Part shown: positions 19,075-31,973 of the stretch, one piece after another
Position numbering within the stretch: the stretch's first letter is position 1
Layout: each line of letters opens with the position of its first letter
From: Verrucomicrobiota bacterium
GTDB lineage: Bacteria; Verrucomicrobiota; Verrucomicrobiia; Limisphaerales; SIBE01
Length of the DNA: 64,000 nt
Reading direction: 5' to 3'
Assembly: GCA_016209525.1 (NCBI GenBank)
Contig: JACQWK010000220.1
Span: 32,842-96,841, forward strand
The notes under the pieces: generated by a model
Databases searched by the model: none
What the model was told of the DNA's origin: nothing
What the model saw: the letters and a program-made list of their open reading frames with translations, nothing else
Made by a program: the position numbers and the translations under genes

Positions 19075-19856
19075 ATGCTGCAGAGACCAAAAGAAGGCCG
19101 GGTTTCATCCCTGCACGTGAAGCTACTTGCCGCGCAAGTCATCGGCGTCATCCCTGCGCGCTACGCATCCACCCGTTTTCCGGGCAAACCCCTCGCGCTC
19201 ATCGCCGGTAAGCCGCTCATTCAACACGTCGTTGAGCGCTGCCAACAAGCCAGTTCCCTCTCCGAGGTCATCGTCGCGACCGATGACCCTCGAATCCGGG
19301 AGGTCGCCCGACGATTTTGCCGGGTCGAAATGACCTCGCCGAATCACCCCAGCGGATCGGACCGGGTGGCGGAAGTCGCGAATCGTCGCGCATGCAATGC
19401 GGTGGTCAACATCCAAGGTGACGAGCCGTTGATCGAACCAGCCGTGATTGACGCGGTCGTGGCCGCGCTCAACCAAGCTGAGATGTCCACCGCAGCGACT
19501 CAGATCCGTGATCGGAAAGAGTTGGACAATTCCAACGTCGTAAAAGTCATTGTCAATTCTTCCGGGCGGGCTCTATATTTCTCCCGTCGCACCATTCCGT
19601 ATGTGCGAGATGCCGCCAGTCGTTCGCTCGAAGAGCAGTTGGCGGCGTTTCCATTTTTGAAGCATTTGGGCATTTACGGATACCGGCGGGAAACTTTGTT
19701 GAGGCTGGTCCAATGGCCGGTCTCACCGCTGGAACAAGCGGAAAAATTGGAGCAATTGCGGGCTCTGGAAAACGGGATTGCCATTGCGGTGGCGCAGGTG
19801 GATTACGACGGCGTCGGCGTGGACGTGCCGGATGATGTGGAACGGGTGGAAGCACT

Positions 19857-19869
<13 letters not shown>
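19075..19869 (+). CDS. kdsB: 3-deoxy-manno-octulosonate cytidylyltransferase (CMP-KDO synthetase)
   Basis: VIGVIPARYASTRFPGKPLALIAGKPLIQHV .. NIQGDEPLIEP. ORF runs 18952..19869; ATG 19075 gives the canonical length. Confidence 0.9.
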
Positions 19870-21573
<1,704 letters not shown>

Positions 21574-21602
21574 CGGGGCGGTCGCTTGTGTCGGCGGCAC
21601 CC

Positions 21603-22139
21603 ATGCACTTTATCGGCACGCTCAACTCGCTCGCCCGAAGCCGGGGGCTTGAGTTTCTGGTTATCGGCGCCCACGCAGTGTTCCACCACGGCTGCCCCAG
21701 AGAGTCCGCAGATCTCGACCTGTTGGTGAGAAAAAATGCTCGGGGAGAATGGCTCGATCTGCTCGCGTCGCTTGGCTACCGTGTGTTTCAAGAGCGGGAA
21801 GTTTTTCTCCAATTGAACGCCTCCGAAAGGGAAGCCTGGCCGGTCGATCTGATGTTGGTGAACGATGAAACGTTTGCGAAGATGCGTGAGGCGGCTGTGG
21901 AGGTTGAGTTCGCAGACGCGAAAGGTCTAATCCCTTGCGTGGAACACTTGATTGCCTTGAAACTCCACGCGTTGAAGCACGGACGAATCCACCGCTTCCT
22001 CAAAGACTTCCAGGATGTGGAGGGTATCGTTCGAAAAAATGAGTTGGACCTGAAGTCGGAAAGCATTCGCCAACTCTTCCTCAAGCATGGCACAATGGAT
22101 CTATATGAAAAATTCGTCCATGCCTGTTCGGACCGTTGA
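21603..22139 (+). CDS. Nucleotidyltransferase-fold protein (minimal NTase-like)
   Basis: MHFIGTLNSLARSRGLEFLVIGAHAVFHHGCPRESADLDLLV (G..A..h.G..R.T.DlDl pattern). The ORF-track extension 21270..21602 overlaps pyrG and is discounted. Confidence 0.6.
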   Translation: MHFIGTLNSLARSRGLEFLVIGAHAVFHHGCPRESADLDLLVRKNARGEWLDLLASLGYRVFQEREVFLQLNASEREAWPVDLMLVNDETFAKMREAAVEVEFADAKGLIPCVEHLIALKLHALKHGRIHRFLKDFQDVEGIVRKNELDLKSESIRQLFLKHGTMDLYEKFVHACSDR

Positions 22140-22335
22140 CGATAGGATTGCGGGCAATCCGCCAGCACTCGATTTCGCACTGCCCGTTGACCAAGAATTC
22201 GATTCACGGCCGCCCTTCATCGACCCCCAGGCCATGGTGCGACGGTGCGAGGAAATGATGCCGTTTCGGAACGCACGAGCGGGGGAGCAGGAACGGCGGT
22301 CGCTGGAAAAGATCGATGCTGAATTCGTGCTCTAG
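22120..22335 (+). CDS. Hypothetical small protein, overlaps the 3' end of the NTase-fold gene
   Basis: MPVRTVDDRIAGNPPALDFALPVDQEFDSRPPFIDPQAMVRRCEEMMPFRNARAGEQERRSLEKIDAEFVL. Has a 20-nt overlap with the upstream gene; no recognisable family. Confidence 0.3.
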   Translation: MPVRTVDDRIAGNPPALDFALPVDQEFDSRPPFIDPQAMVRRCEEMMPFRNARAGEQERRSLEKIDAEFVL

Positions 22336-22418
22336 ACCGCCCACGACGGCTGCCTCCGCTGGGCTAGCGGCCAAGCTTTCTTGAGGACTCCTCCAAGGCA
22401 GGGACTTTCTAACCGTTC

Positions 22419-23702
22419 ATGACCTACCGCGAAGCCATCGAATTTCTCTACAACCTGCGCCTGTTCGGCGTGAAGTTCGGCTTGGAAAACACCCTCAAGC
22501 TCGCCGCGCTGGCGGGAAATCCCCACCAGAACTTGCGCTTCATCCACGTCGCCGGAACCAACGGCAAAGGCTCCACCTGCGCGATGCTGGAAAACATCTA
22601 CAGAACGGCCGGACTGCGAGTCGGATTATTTACCTCCCCGCATCTCGTCGCTTTTGGCGAGCGCATCCAGGTGAACCGGCATCCCATCACCGAAGCCGAT
22701 GCCGTGCGCCTGGCTGAAGGAATTCAGCCGCTCTTGAAAGAGTTTCCCTCCTCGGCCCATCCGACATTCTTCGAAGTCGTGACTCTCATGGCGCTGCGCT
22801 ACTTCGCCGAACAGAAAGTGGATCTGGTGCTCTGGGAAACCGGGCTGGGCGGGCGATTGGACGCGACGAACATCGTCAACCCGCTGGCCAGCGTCATCAC
22901 CAACATCCAGCTCGATCACGAAAAATGGCTGGGCTATACCTTGTCCGCCATCGCCGCTGAAAAAGCCGGGATCATCAAACCGGGAATTCCGGTCATCACA
23001 TCGGAGGAAAACTACGAAAGCCTCTGCGTCATTGCCGACACCGCGAATCGCCATCGAAGCCCGTTGACCAAAGTCACCCGCGCCGACATCAAGCGTCCGC
23101 CTCTGGACAAGCTCCGCCTGCCGCTCTTAGGGGATCATCAACAAATCAATGCGACACTGGCGCTGGCGACGGTTAGAGTCCTCAATTCACAAATCCCCGT
23201 GAGCGAAGAAGCCGCGAAAGCGGGACTGGCCGGCGTCCAATGGCCCGGGCGGCTCCAGATCGCGCGGCCCGCGTTGGGCCGGACGATTCTCTTGGACGGC
23301 GCGCACAACCCGGCTGGCGCCAAAGCGCTCCGCGCCGCCCTGCAGAAGCTTTATCCGAACATGCTTCTGACTTTGGTTTTTGGAGTCATGCAGGACAAAG
23401 ACTGGCACACCATGTGTCAAATCCTCGCGCCGCTCGCCGGCCGTATCGCGCTTGCGCCCGTCAGCAGTGACCGCAGCGCCAGCCCGCAATCGATGCGAGA
23501 GTTCTGCCAGCAACTCAACCCTTACGCCGAGGTCCTGGCGTGCCCCTCCCTGAAAGAAGCATTGAACCGGACGGCATCCGACCCGGTCGTTTTGGTGACC
23601 GGCTCGCTTCATTTCGTTGGCGAAGCCATGGAACACCTGAAACTCACTGCCCGTCCCGAGCAGGATGAGCGCGGTCTGAACGACTGGCCGGCAACAAGGT
23701 GA
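22419..23702 (+). CDS. folC: Bifunctional folylpolyglutamate synthase / dihydrofolate synthase
   Basis: FIHVAGTNGKGSTCAML (Mur-ligase P-loop), WETGLGGRLDATN, ILLDGAHNPAGA. Confidence 0.93.
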   Translation: MTYREAIEFLYNLRLFGVKFGLENTLKLAALAGNPHQNLRFIHVAGTNGKGSTCAMLENIYRTAGLRVGLFTSPHLVAFGERIQVNRHPITEADAVRLAEGIQPLLKEFPSSAHPTFFEVVTLMALRYFAEQKVDLVLWETGLGGRLDATNIVNPLASVITNIQLDHEKWLGYTLSAIAAEKAGIIKPGIPVITSEENYESLCVIADTANRHRSPLTKVTRADIKRPPLDKLRLPLLGDHQQINATLALATVRVLNSQIPVSEEAAKAGLAGVQWPGRLQIARPALGRTILLDGAHNPAGAKALRAALQKLYPNMLLTLVFGVMQDKDWHTMCQILAPLAGRIALAPVSSDRSASPQSMREFCQQLNPYAEVLACPSLKEALNRTASDPVVLVTGSLHFVGEAMEHLKLTARPEQDERGLNDWPATR

Positions 23703-23860
23703 ATTATCCTCAGACCGACTAGCAGAGTGTTTCAAAATCCGGTCTCCCCAACGTAGGGCGGACTTCCAGCCTGCTTGCTTCGGGCAAACTCAACGACAAA
23801 TGGGAGGCAGGCAAGATGCCTGCCCTACATTTAGAACACGCTAAGAACATTCGCAGAAGC

Positions 23861-24535
23861 ATGAGAGGGATCTCCGGTATTCGAGCCGTGACTTTCGACG
23901 TGGGAGGCACGTTGATCGACCCGTGGCCATCTGTCGGACACGTGTACGCCGAAGTCGCGGCGCAACATGGGCTCCGCGACCTCGAGCCGGAGACGCTCAC
24001 TCGCCGGTTCGCCGAAGCCTGGCGCGCCAAATCGGATTTTGATTACTCAAGAGCGGCTTGGTCCGAGATCGTGGCCCGAACGTTTCGGACGCCGGGTCAG
24101 CCTTTGACGGAGGTGAGCTTCTTCGGCGACCTTTATGAGCGGTTTGCGCAACCCGGCGGCTGGCGGATCTACGACGATGTGCTCCCGGCTCTCCATCAAT
24201 TGCGTGCTCGAAATATCAGGCTTGGCGTCGTTTCGAATTGGGATGAACGACTCAGACCGTTGTTGGGCAAACTTAAGTTGCAGGATCTATTCGAAGTCAT
24301 CGTGGTCTCCGGAGAAGTCGGCCTCCACAAACCCCATCCCGCAGTCTTTCGGTCGGCGCTGGAGCAGCTCGGTTGGCCCGGGCACGCGGTGTTGCATGTG
24401 GGTGACAGAGTGATCGAGGACGTCCAAGGCGCCGAGCAGGCTGGTTTGCGAGCGGTTCGACTCAATCGCCACGCCATCATTTCCGACGAAAAGGAAATCC
24501 ATTCTCTCCTCAGCTTGACGGAATTCATCAGGTAG
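23861..24535 (+). CDS. HAD-superfamily hydrolase (subfamily IA, REG-2/HDHD3-like)
   Basis: AVTFDVGGTLI, LGVVSNWDERL, HKPHPAVF, LHVGDRVIEDVQGA. ORF runs 23816..24535, but its first 15 codons lie in a REP hairpin. Confidence 0.8.
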   Translation: MRGISGIRAVTFDVGGTLIDPWPSVGHVYAEVAAQHGLRDLEPETLTRRFAEAWRAKSDFDYSRAAWSEIVARTFRTPGQPLTEVSFFGDLYERFAQPGGWRIYDDVLPALHQLRARNIRLGVVSNWDERLRPLLGKLKLQDLFEVIVVSGEVGLHKPHPAVFRSALEQLGWPGHAVLHVGDRVIEDVQGAEQAGLRAVRLNRHAIISDEKEIHSLLSLTEFIR

Positions 24536-24640
24536 GAACCACAGCAATTAGGCCCGATAACCGCCGGGGAAGAGCCGCTTATACTTGCCACTGGCGCATT
24601 GACGTTCGAGCGCCTTCGCGATTACATACCACGGCATTCA

Positions 24641-25326
24641 ATGTTGCGGCTTTTTCAGTCTTCCCTTGGGAAAAAGTACATCATGGCCGTCAGCGGCTTT
24701 GTGCTGTTCGGTTTCGTGATCGTCCATATGCTGGGGAACCTGCAGATTTTCTTGGGGCCGGAGCCCCTCAACCGGTATGCGCACTTTCTGCAGTCGATGC
24801 CGGAGCTGCTTTGGCTGGCGCGGATCGTCCTCCTGACCATGGTGGCGCTGCATGTGTGGTCCGCGATCAAACTCTCGCTCGAGAACAAGGCGGCGCGTCC
24901 GGCTGGTTATGAAGGCAACCCAACGCCAGTCGCAGCGAGCTACGCTTCCCGAACGATGCTCATGAGCGGGCTGATCGTGGCCGTGTTTATCATTTATCAC
25001 CTCCTGCATTTCACCGTCCAGACTCCCGCCGTGAATTTGACCGGGCAGGATTTCAAAACTTTTCTCGACCCCCAGACCAAGCATCACGATGTGTTTCGTA
25101 TGATGGTCGTCGGCTATTCGAAATTCTGGGTGTCCGGATTTTACATCCTCGGGATGGCGTTGCTGTGTCTTCACCTCAGCCACGGCGTGACCGGAATGTT
25201 TCAATCGCTGGGATTAAAAAACGAGCACACGGGCAAATGGATCGATCGCTTCGCCCTCGCTGTCGCCGCGGTGATTTTCCTGGGCAACTGCTCGATTCCG
25301 ATGGCGGTATTGCTGGGCTACGTAAG

Positions 25327-25330
<4 letters not shown>
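24641..25330 (+). CDS. sdhC: Succinate dehydrogenase / fumarate reductase cytochrome b subunit (b558 type)
   Basis: Five-TM profile with [20 protein letters not shown] and conserved His residues; directly precedes sdhA with an ATGA overlap. Confidence 0.85.
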
Positions 25331-27240
<1,910 letters not shown>

Positions 27241-27253
27241 AGCGATAAGTGGG

Positions 27254-28000
27254 ATGAACCTTACCTTAAAAGTCTGGCGGCAAAAGAGTCCAAACGCTCC
27301 CGGCCGCTTCATCACCTTCCAAGCCGACGGGGTCATCCCGGACATGTCGTTCCTGGAAATGTTGGACGTTGTCAATGAAGGATTGATTGAGAAAGGCGAA
27401 GACCCGATTGCGTTCGATTCGGATTGCCGCGAAGGCATCTGCGGCATGTGTTCGCTCGTGATCAATGGCGTTCCTCACGGCGGGCACAAAGGCACCGCCA
27501 CCTGCCAGTTGCACATGCGGCACTTCAAGGACGGCGATACGATCACCATTGAGCCCTGGCGCGCTCGCGCTTTTCCGATCATCAAAGACCTGGTGGTCAA
27601 CCGTTGGGCCTTCGACCGGATCATTCAGGCGGGCGGATTCATTTCCGTTTCCACCGGCGGCGCCCCGGATGCCAATGCCATTCCAATTCCTAAAGCGGAT
27701 CAGGACCAATCGATGGACGCCGCCGCTTGCATCGGCTGCGGCGCCTGTGTGGCGGCCTGCAAAAACGCATCGGCCATGCTTTTCGTGGCGGCCAAGGTTT
27801 CCCATTTGAGCCTCCTGCCCCAAGGCAAAGTGGAGCGGCACCGCCGCGTCACGAACATGGTCAAAGCGATGGATGCGGAAGGTTTTGGCGCCTGCACCGT
27901 GACGGGCTCGTGCGAGGCGGTTTGCCCCAAGGAAATCAACCTGACGTTCATCGCCCGGATGAACCGCGAGTACCTCGCCGCTTGGTTCAAGGGCAAATAG
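27254..28000 (+). CDS. sdhB: Succinate dehydrogenase / fumarate reductase iron-sulfur subunit
   Basis: [10 protein letters not shown] and [11 protein letters not shown] .. [12 protein letters not shown] cysteine clusters. Confidence 0.95.
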   Translation: MNLTLKVWRQKSPNAPGRFITFQADGVIPDMSFLEMLDVVNEGLIEKGEDPIAFDSDCREGICGMCSLVINGVPHGGHKGTATCQLHMRHFKDGDTITIEPWRARAFPIIKDLVVNRWAFDRIIQAGGFISVSTGGAPDANAIPIPKADQDQSMDAAACIGCGACVAACKNASAMLFVAAKVSHLSLLPQGKVERHRRVTNMVKAMDAEGFGACTVTGSCEAVCPKEINLTFIARMNREYLAAWFKGK

Positions 28001-28012
28001 CAAACCCAAGGA

Positions 28013-28034
28013 GCGCGGACAGCCATGTCCGCGC
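28013..28034. repeat. GC-rich hairpin 13 nt after the sdhB stop (REP or terminator-like)
   Basis: GCGCGGACAGCCATGTCCGCGC; no T-run follows. Confidence 0.55.
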
Positions 28035-28210
28035 GAAGGAAGCGTGGCTCGCCGCGAAGCCGACGAAAGGAGGCAAGCGTCCGGTTCTATGGGAGTTGAG
28101 CGCTTGCCGCGGCGTCAGGAGTCTCGAGGCTGGAATCCTGTCCTGCGATGACGAACCGACTTCTTGGCGGACTCTCTGAGATCAAGGCGCTGACTCCGGG
28201 CGGATGCAGC

Positions 28211-28636
28211 TCAACGTTGGGGGTAGATTTGGTAAAGGAGTAGGTAGATCACGACACCCGTGACCGAGACGTACATCCAGATCGGCCACGTCCAGCGGGC
28301 GATCTTTTTGTGCGTTTCGAAACGCCGCCGGATGGCCAGATAGAGCGTCACGAGAACCAGCGGAACGATGGCTGCAGCCAGCAAAGTGTGAGTGGCCAAA
28401 AGTGTCAGGTAAATTGGACGGAACCACGCGGGTTCCCTAAACACGGTGCGGCCAGCGTTGAAATGATAAATCAAATAGCAGATGAGGAAGAGCGCGGAAG
28501 TCACCACGGCGCTCACCATGCAATTTCTGTGCGCTGTTTGATTCTTGGTCCGGATAAAATAGTAACCCGCGGTCAAGAAGATCGCGCTCAGGGAATTGAG
28601 GCAGGCGTTGACCGCCGGTAAATCCGCCAGGCTCAT
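28211..28636 (-). CDS. DUF420 membrane protein (oxidase-cluster associated)
   Basis: LPAVNACLNSLSAIFLTAGYYFIRTKNQTAHRNCMVSAVVTSALFLICYLIYHF; four TM segments; ATGA overlap with the SCO gene. Confidence 0.8.
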   Translation of the reverse strand: MSLADLPAVNACLNSLSAIFLTAGYYFIRTKNQTAHRNCMVSAVVTSALFLICYLIYHFNAGRTVFREPAWFRPIYLTLLATHTLLAAAIVPLVLVTLYLAIRRRFETHKKIARWTWPIWMYVSVTGVVIYLLLYQIYPQR

Positions 28637-29271
28637 GGCGCAGCCTCGCGCAGCAACCGATTGATGTCATCCAGGATGCGGTCCTTCCACCCCGGCTGCA
28701 AGGATTCCACCGCCGTCCGCAAGCGGGCCTGTTGATCGACGACCACGAAAAGGGTGCTGTGAGTAAATAAGTCGAACTGGTTCGTCCTCCGCTCCGGAGC
28801 CGTTTCCATGGCGCTCAGCTTGAGATTGTTGGTCAACACGTTTCCCACTTGTTCTTTCGAGCCCGTGAGGAACCACCAGCGATCCGGATGTGCCTCGTAT
28901 TTCTCCGAGTACCGCTTCAGGACTGGCACCGTGTCATACTCGGGATCCATCGTCAGCGAGACGAGTTTGACGGGCGACTTGGCGGGCAAAGCCGCTTGCA
29001 GTTCGCTCATGCGCTTGCTCATTTCTCCGCATTGCAGCGGGCAGCGCGTGAATATGACATCGGCCACCCACACGTGGCCCCGCAGTCGATCGAGCGACAC
29101 CGGAGCTCCCGTCTGGTTGGTGAGCGCGAAGTCGGCGACTTGGCCAAACACCGGCAACGGGGGGCGCAAGTCCTTGAGGCGGGTCCAGACCAGAAGCACC
29201 GCCAGCGTGAGAACGGCGAGGCCCAAGCCGACCCAGAAACCAGAGCCGATTCTTCGAGGAGCAGCGTTCAT
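28633..29271 (-). CDS. SCO1/SenC copper chaperone
   Basis: VADVIFTRCPLQCGEMS (CxxxC) on a thioredoxin-like fold, with an N-terminal TM anchor. ORF runs 28633..29373, but its first 34 codons are REP sequence. Confidence 0.85.
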   Translation of the reverse strand: MNAAPRRIGSGFWVGLGLAVLTLAVLLVWTRLKDLRPPLPVFGQVADFALTNQTGAPVSLDRLRGHVWVADVIFTRCPLQCGEMSKRMSELQAALPAKSPVKLVSLTMDPEYDTVPVLKRYSEKYEAHPDRWWFLTGSKEQVGNVLTNNLKLSAMETAPERRTNQFDLFTHSTLFVVVDQQARLRTAVESLQPGWKDRILDDINRLLREAAP

Positions 29272-29325
29272 TCGATACGGTGCGTTGTGAAACCACCTAA
29301 TACCTGGCAAACCGGAGCCGCAATC

Positions 29326-29470
29326 AAAATCCGAAATCCGAAGCTCGGAATCCGAAACAATTCCCAACCTCAAACGGGGTTGCGGTTAAGTCGCTGGGGT
29401 AGAGAACACCAGCAGGTGATCCAACGTCGCGTTTCCTTTCACTGGCCCTCTCCCCAGGGGGAAGGGGGAA
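29326..29470. repeat. REP elements between ctaC and the SCO gene
   Basis: AAAATCCGAAATCCGAAGCTCGGAATCCGAAAC (29326-29358) and a CCCTCTCCCC..GGGGGAAGGGGG hairpin (29444-29470). Confidence 0.55.
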
Positions 29471-29512
29471 GGAATTGCAGTCTATCCTCCGGCCTCCTGG
29501 CCAACGGGCGCA

Positions 29513-30280
29513 CTATTCAAACGTGGTCGCGGTGGCGCCGCCGCCTTTGCTCTGCTGAGCGTACCATTTGTCGAACTCCTCCTGGCTATCGATCGTGATG
29601 AATCCTTGCGCCATTTGAGCGTGGCCATTCCCGCAGAGTTGGGCGCAGTTGATTTGGTACCGGCCCGGGGTCTTGGCCTTGAACCAAACCGGAATGCTCA
29701 GACCGGGAATCGCGTCTTGGCAGACGCGCAGCGCAATCACTTTGAATGAATGGATGACGTCCATGGACGTAAGATGAATGATGACCGGTTTGTTGACGGG
29801 CACGCGAATGCTGTTGAAATCGCCAAAGTCGTCTTTTCCGGGCGCGTCGCTCGCGACCACACCAAACTTGTTCGTGGAGTTGACGAGCTTGATGTCTTGT
29901 TTTGCGAACACGCGATCCAAACCAGGGTAGCGGACATTCCAGCCGAACTGCTGCGCCACGACCCGCAACACGAGCGACTCGTTTTCCGACGGCGGCTTGT
30001 CCACCAATTGCGCCCACCAAGGAATAGCCAGTCCGAACAGCAGCACCATTTCAACGAGCGCCACGAGCCCTTCGATCCAGGTTGAAGTATGGCCTCGCGC
30101 GCCGGTGTGGTCCGCTTTCGGGTGCCGCGATTTGCGGAAGCGCCAGATAACATAAAGAAAGTAAGCCACCCAGCCCACGAACAGCACGATCATGAGCCAG
30201 TGCATGTAGATAATGAGATTATCCACTTTCTCGCCGTGCTCGGAAGCCAGCACGGGCAGTCCTAAAAGGTCGCGAATCAT
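29513..30280 (-). CDS. ctaC: Cytochrome c oxidase subunit II (CuA)
   Basis: Two N-terminal TM segments, DVIHSF, and CuA motif CAQLCGNGHAQM. No fused cytochrome c domain. Confidence 0.9.
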   Translation of the reverse strand: MIRDLLGLPVLASEHGEKVDNLIIYMHWLMIVLFVGWVAYFLYVIWRFRKSRHPKADHTGARGHTSTWIEGLVALVEMVLLFGLAIPWWAQLVDKPPSENESLVLRVVAQQFGWNVRYPGLDRVFAKQDIKLVNSTNKFGVVASDAPGKDDFGDFNSIRVPVNKPVIIHLTSMDVIHSFKVIALRVCQDAIPGLSIPVWFKAKTPGRYQINCAQLCGNGHAQMAQGFITIDSQEEFDKWYAQQSKGGGATATTFE

Positions 30281-30558
30281 CAGAGTCTATGGGTTGTTTC
30301 AGCGGCCGGTTGGGAAACCGAAAGGGGGTTGGGCGCGTTCGAAGCCGAGCGTTTTGCCAAATAGATGAAAAAACTGGCGATGCCGGCCAGGACACAAAAG
30401 ACGATCGCGAGCAAGCTGAGCACTCCCCAGTGCAATCCTTTCGCCAGAGCACTGTCGGACTTGCCAAAGCAGACCGCGCAGGCGAGCGCCGAATTTGCGC
30501 TCGTAAGCATCGCAGCGGCGATGACGGCAAAAAATAGGCGGGCAATGCGGAGCCTCAT
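30280..30558 (-). CDS. Small membrane protein with N-terminal CxxC, translationally coupled inside the oxidase operon
   Basis: MRLRIARLFFAVIAAAMLTSANSALACAVCFGKSDSALAKGLHWGVLSLLAIVFCVLAGIASFFIYL. Its stop overlaps the ctaC ATG by 1 nt, and its start overlaps the upstream ORF (ATGA). Confidence 0.6.
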   Translation of the reverse strand: MRLRIARLFFAVIAAAMLTSANSALACAVCFGKSDSALAKGLHWGVLSLLAIVFCVLAGIASFFIYLAKRSASNAPNPLSVSQPAAETTHRL

Positions 30559-30764
30559 AGGTAGCCGATGTTCTTAAGTTTTTTCAGAAAATATCTGCCG
30601 TAGCAGATCAGCCCTGCCGCGACGGCGATCGATCCGAGGCCAAGGAGAAGATCCGACGTTGAGCCCAACCCTTGGAAGTAATTCTTCAAGCACCAAACGC
30701 CAAAGCCGATCGACAGCAATGTCGAAGCCGCGATGAACACGAGATGGATCGCCTTGAGGGACAT
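30555..30764 (-). CDS. Small two-TM membrane protein inside the oxidase operon
   Basis: MSLKAIHLVFIAASTLLSIGFGVWCLKNYF..LGSIAVAAGLICYGRYFLKKL. Starts 3 nt after the coxIV stop and has a 4-nt overlap with the next ORF. Confidence 0.55.
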   Translation of the reverse strand: MSLKAIHLVFIAASTLLSIGFGVWCLKNYFQGLGSTSDLLLGLGSIAVAAGLICYGRYFLKKLKNIGYL

Positions 30765-30767
30765 CTT

Positions 30768-31127
30768 TCAGTGCGCGGCGCTTTTTTCGGCGGGGTGGAA
30801 GGCTTCGCCGCTGCCGGTGTGGAGGGTTCCCAGCGGCGTGTCGTCCCTCGCGAAAATCGTGAGGTACATCATCCCGGCGAAGAAGAACGCGGTCGCGCCC
30901 AGGATGGAGTAAATCATCTTCTTTTCGGACATCAGGTGCATGAAATAACCGGCCACCAGGAAGCCCTTCACGCAGGCGATGAACAGCGCGATGGCGATCG
31001 TGACCGCCATGCTGTCAAAATGGACCGAATTCATCGCCACCGTCAGCACCGTGCCGATGAGAAGGGCGATGCCAACGATGAAGTAGATTCTGACGTGTTT
31101 CGAGATTTCGTGTGAATGGTCGCTCAT
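30768..31127 (-). CDS. Cytochrome c oxidase subunit IV (prokaryotic COX4 family)
   Basis: MSDHSHEISKHVRIYFIVGIALLIGTVLTV..IACVKGFLVAGYFMHL. ORF runs 30768..31184; ATG 31127 avoids overlap with subunit III. Confidence 0.8.
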   Translation of the reverse strand: MSDHSHEISKHVRIYFIVGIALLIGTVLTVAMNSVHFDSMAVTIAIALFIACVKGFLVAGYFMHLMSEKKMIYSILGATAFFFAGMMYLTIFARDDTPLGTLHTGSGEAFHPAEKSAAH

Positions 31128-31134
31128 AGATTTC

Positions 31135-31965
31135 TCACAGCAAATAAAGCACCGGGAACAAGAAGATCCAAACCAGGTCCACAAAATGCCAGAATAATCC
31201 CGAGACTTCGACGCGGTTGATGTATCGATCCGGATCGGTCTTCCAAAGCTTGGCGCCGGGTCCCCAGATGAAGGCGATCACGATGGCCCCGCCCAGCACG
31301 TGCAAGGCGTGCAGCGCGGTCAGCGTGAAATAGATTCCGAAGTAGGTGCTGTGGGCCGGAACGAAGGAGGAAAGCCGGGTGATCTCGGACGTCTTGATCG
31401 TGACAGGCTCGTGCTCCTTTCCATGCCCGCCTTTCCTGGCGTGCGCCATTTCCTTCGCGGTCATCGTGTAATGGTAGGGATCGGGAACAAACTTGATGGA
31501 ATCGAGTTTCTGCTGCGCGAGGGTCTCCGTTTTCCAGAACAGAGGATGGGTTCCATTGTAGTCGATGTGGCCGAGAAGCCGCGTGCCGTCAGTCTTCCAG
31601 ACTTCGTAGTGCAGGAATTTCTCCCGATACTCGAAGGACTTAATTCCCAGGAAGCCGAGCGCGCACAAGATCGTGATCGCTTGCAGAACTCGATACTTGG
31701 CGAAGTTCCCCGCTTTCAACGCCGACCACGAAAGCACCACGGTCACGCTGGAGGTGATGAGCACGGCGGTGTTGAACGTCCCAATCGGGATGTTCAGCAA
31801 GCCGTGCACCCAGCTTCCCGGCGCAGCCCCGACTCGCAAAATGATGTAGGAGGAGAACAAGGCGCCGAAGAGCATGACTTCGGACGCCAAAAAAAGCCAG
31901 ATGCCGACCTTCGCGTTGTAAAGGCCGGTGTCCTGACGAGGCTGAGCGACGTAGGGAATGTCCAT
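31135..31965 (-). CDS. ctaE: Cytochrome c oxidase subunit III
   Basis: GIWLFLASEVMLFGALFSSY .. FGIYFTLTALHALHVLGG .. YWHFVDLVWIFLF. Confidence 0.92.
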   Translation of the reverse strand: MDIPYVAQPRQDTGLYNAKVGIWLFLASEVMLFGALFSSYIILRVGAAPGSWVHGLLNIPIGTFNTAVLITSSVTVVLSWSALKAGNFAKYRVLQAITILCALGFLGIKSFEYREKFLHYEVWKTDGTRLLGHIDYNGTHPLFWKTETLAQQKLDSIKFVPDPYHYTMTAKEMAHARKGGHGKEHEPVTIKTSEITRLSSFVPAHSTYFGIYFTLTALHALHVLGGAIVIAFIWGPGAKLWKTDPDRYINRVEVSGLFWHFVDLVWIFLFPVLYLL

Positions 31966-31973
31966 GATAAGAT

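Noticed and set aside
24599-24632. Sigma-70-like promoter upstream of sdhC (TTGACG-N17-TTACAT)
   Set aside because: The -35 box is good, but the -10 hexamer matches the consensus at only 3 of 6 positions. Promoter consensus for this lineage is unknown to me, so this is too weak to call.
25165-25326. ORF-track N-terminal extension of sdhA. Similar extensions occur for 21270-21602 (NTase gene), 18952-19074 (kdsB), 45531-45587 (gene A) and 60259-60357 (enolase-family gene).
   Set aside because: These extensions overlap upstream genes or REP elements. They remove the canonical N-termini or signal peptides, so the internal ATG/GTG starts were preferred.
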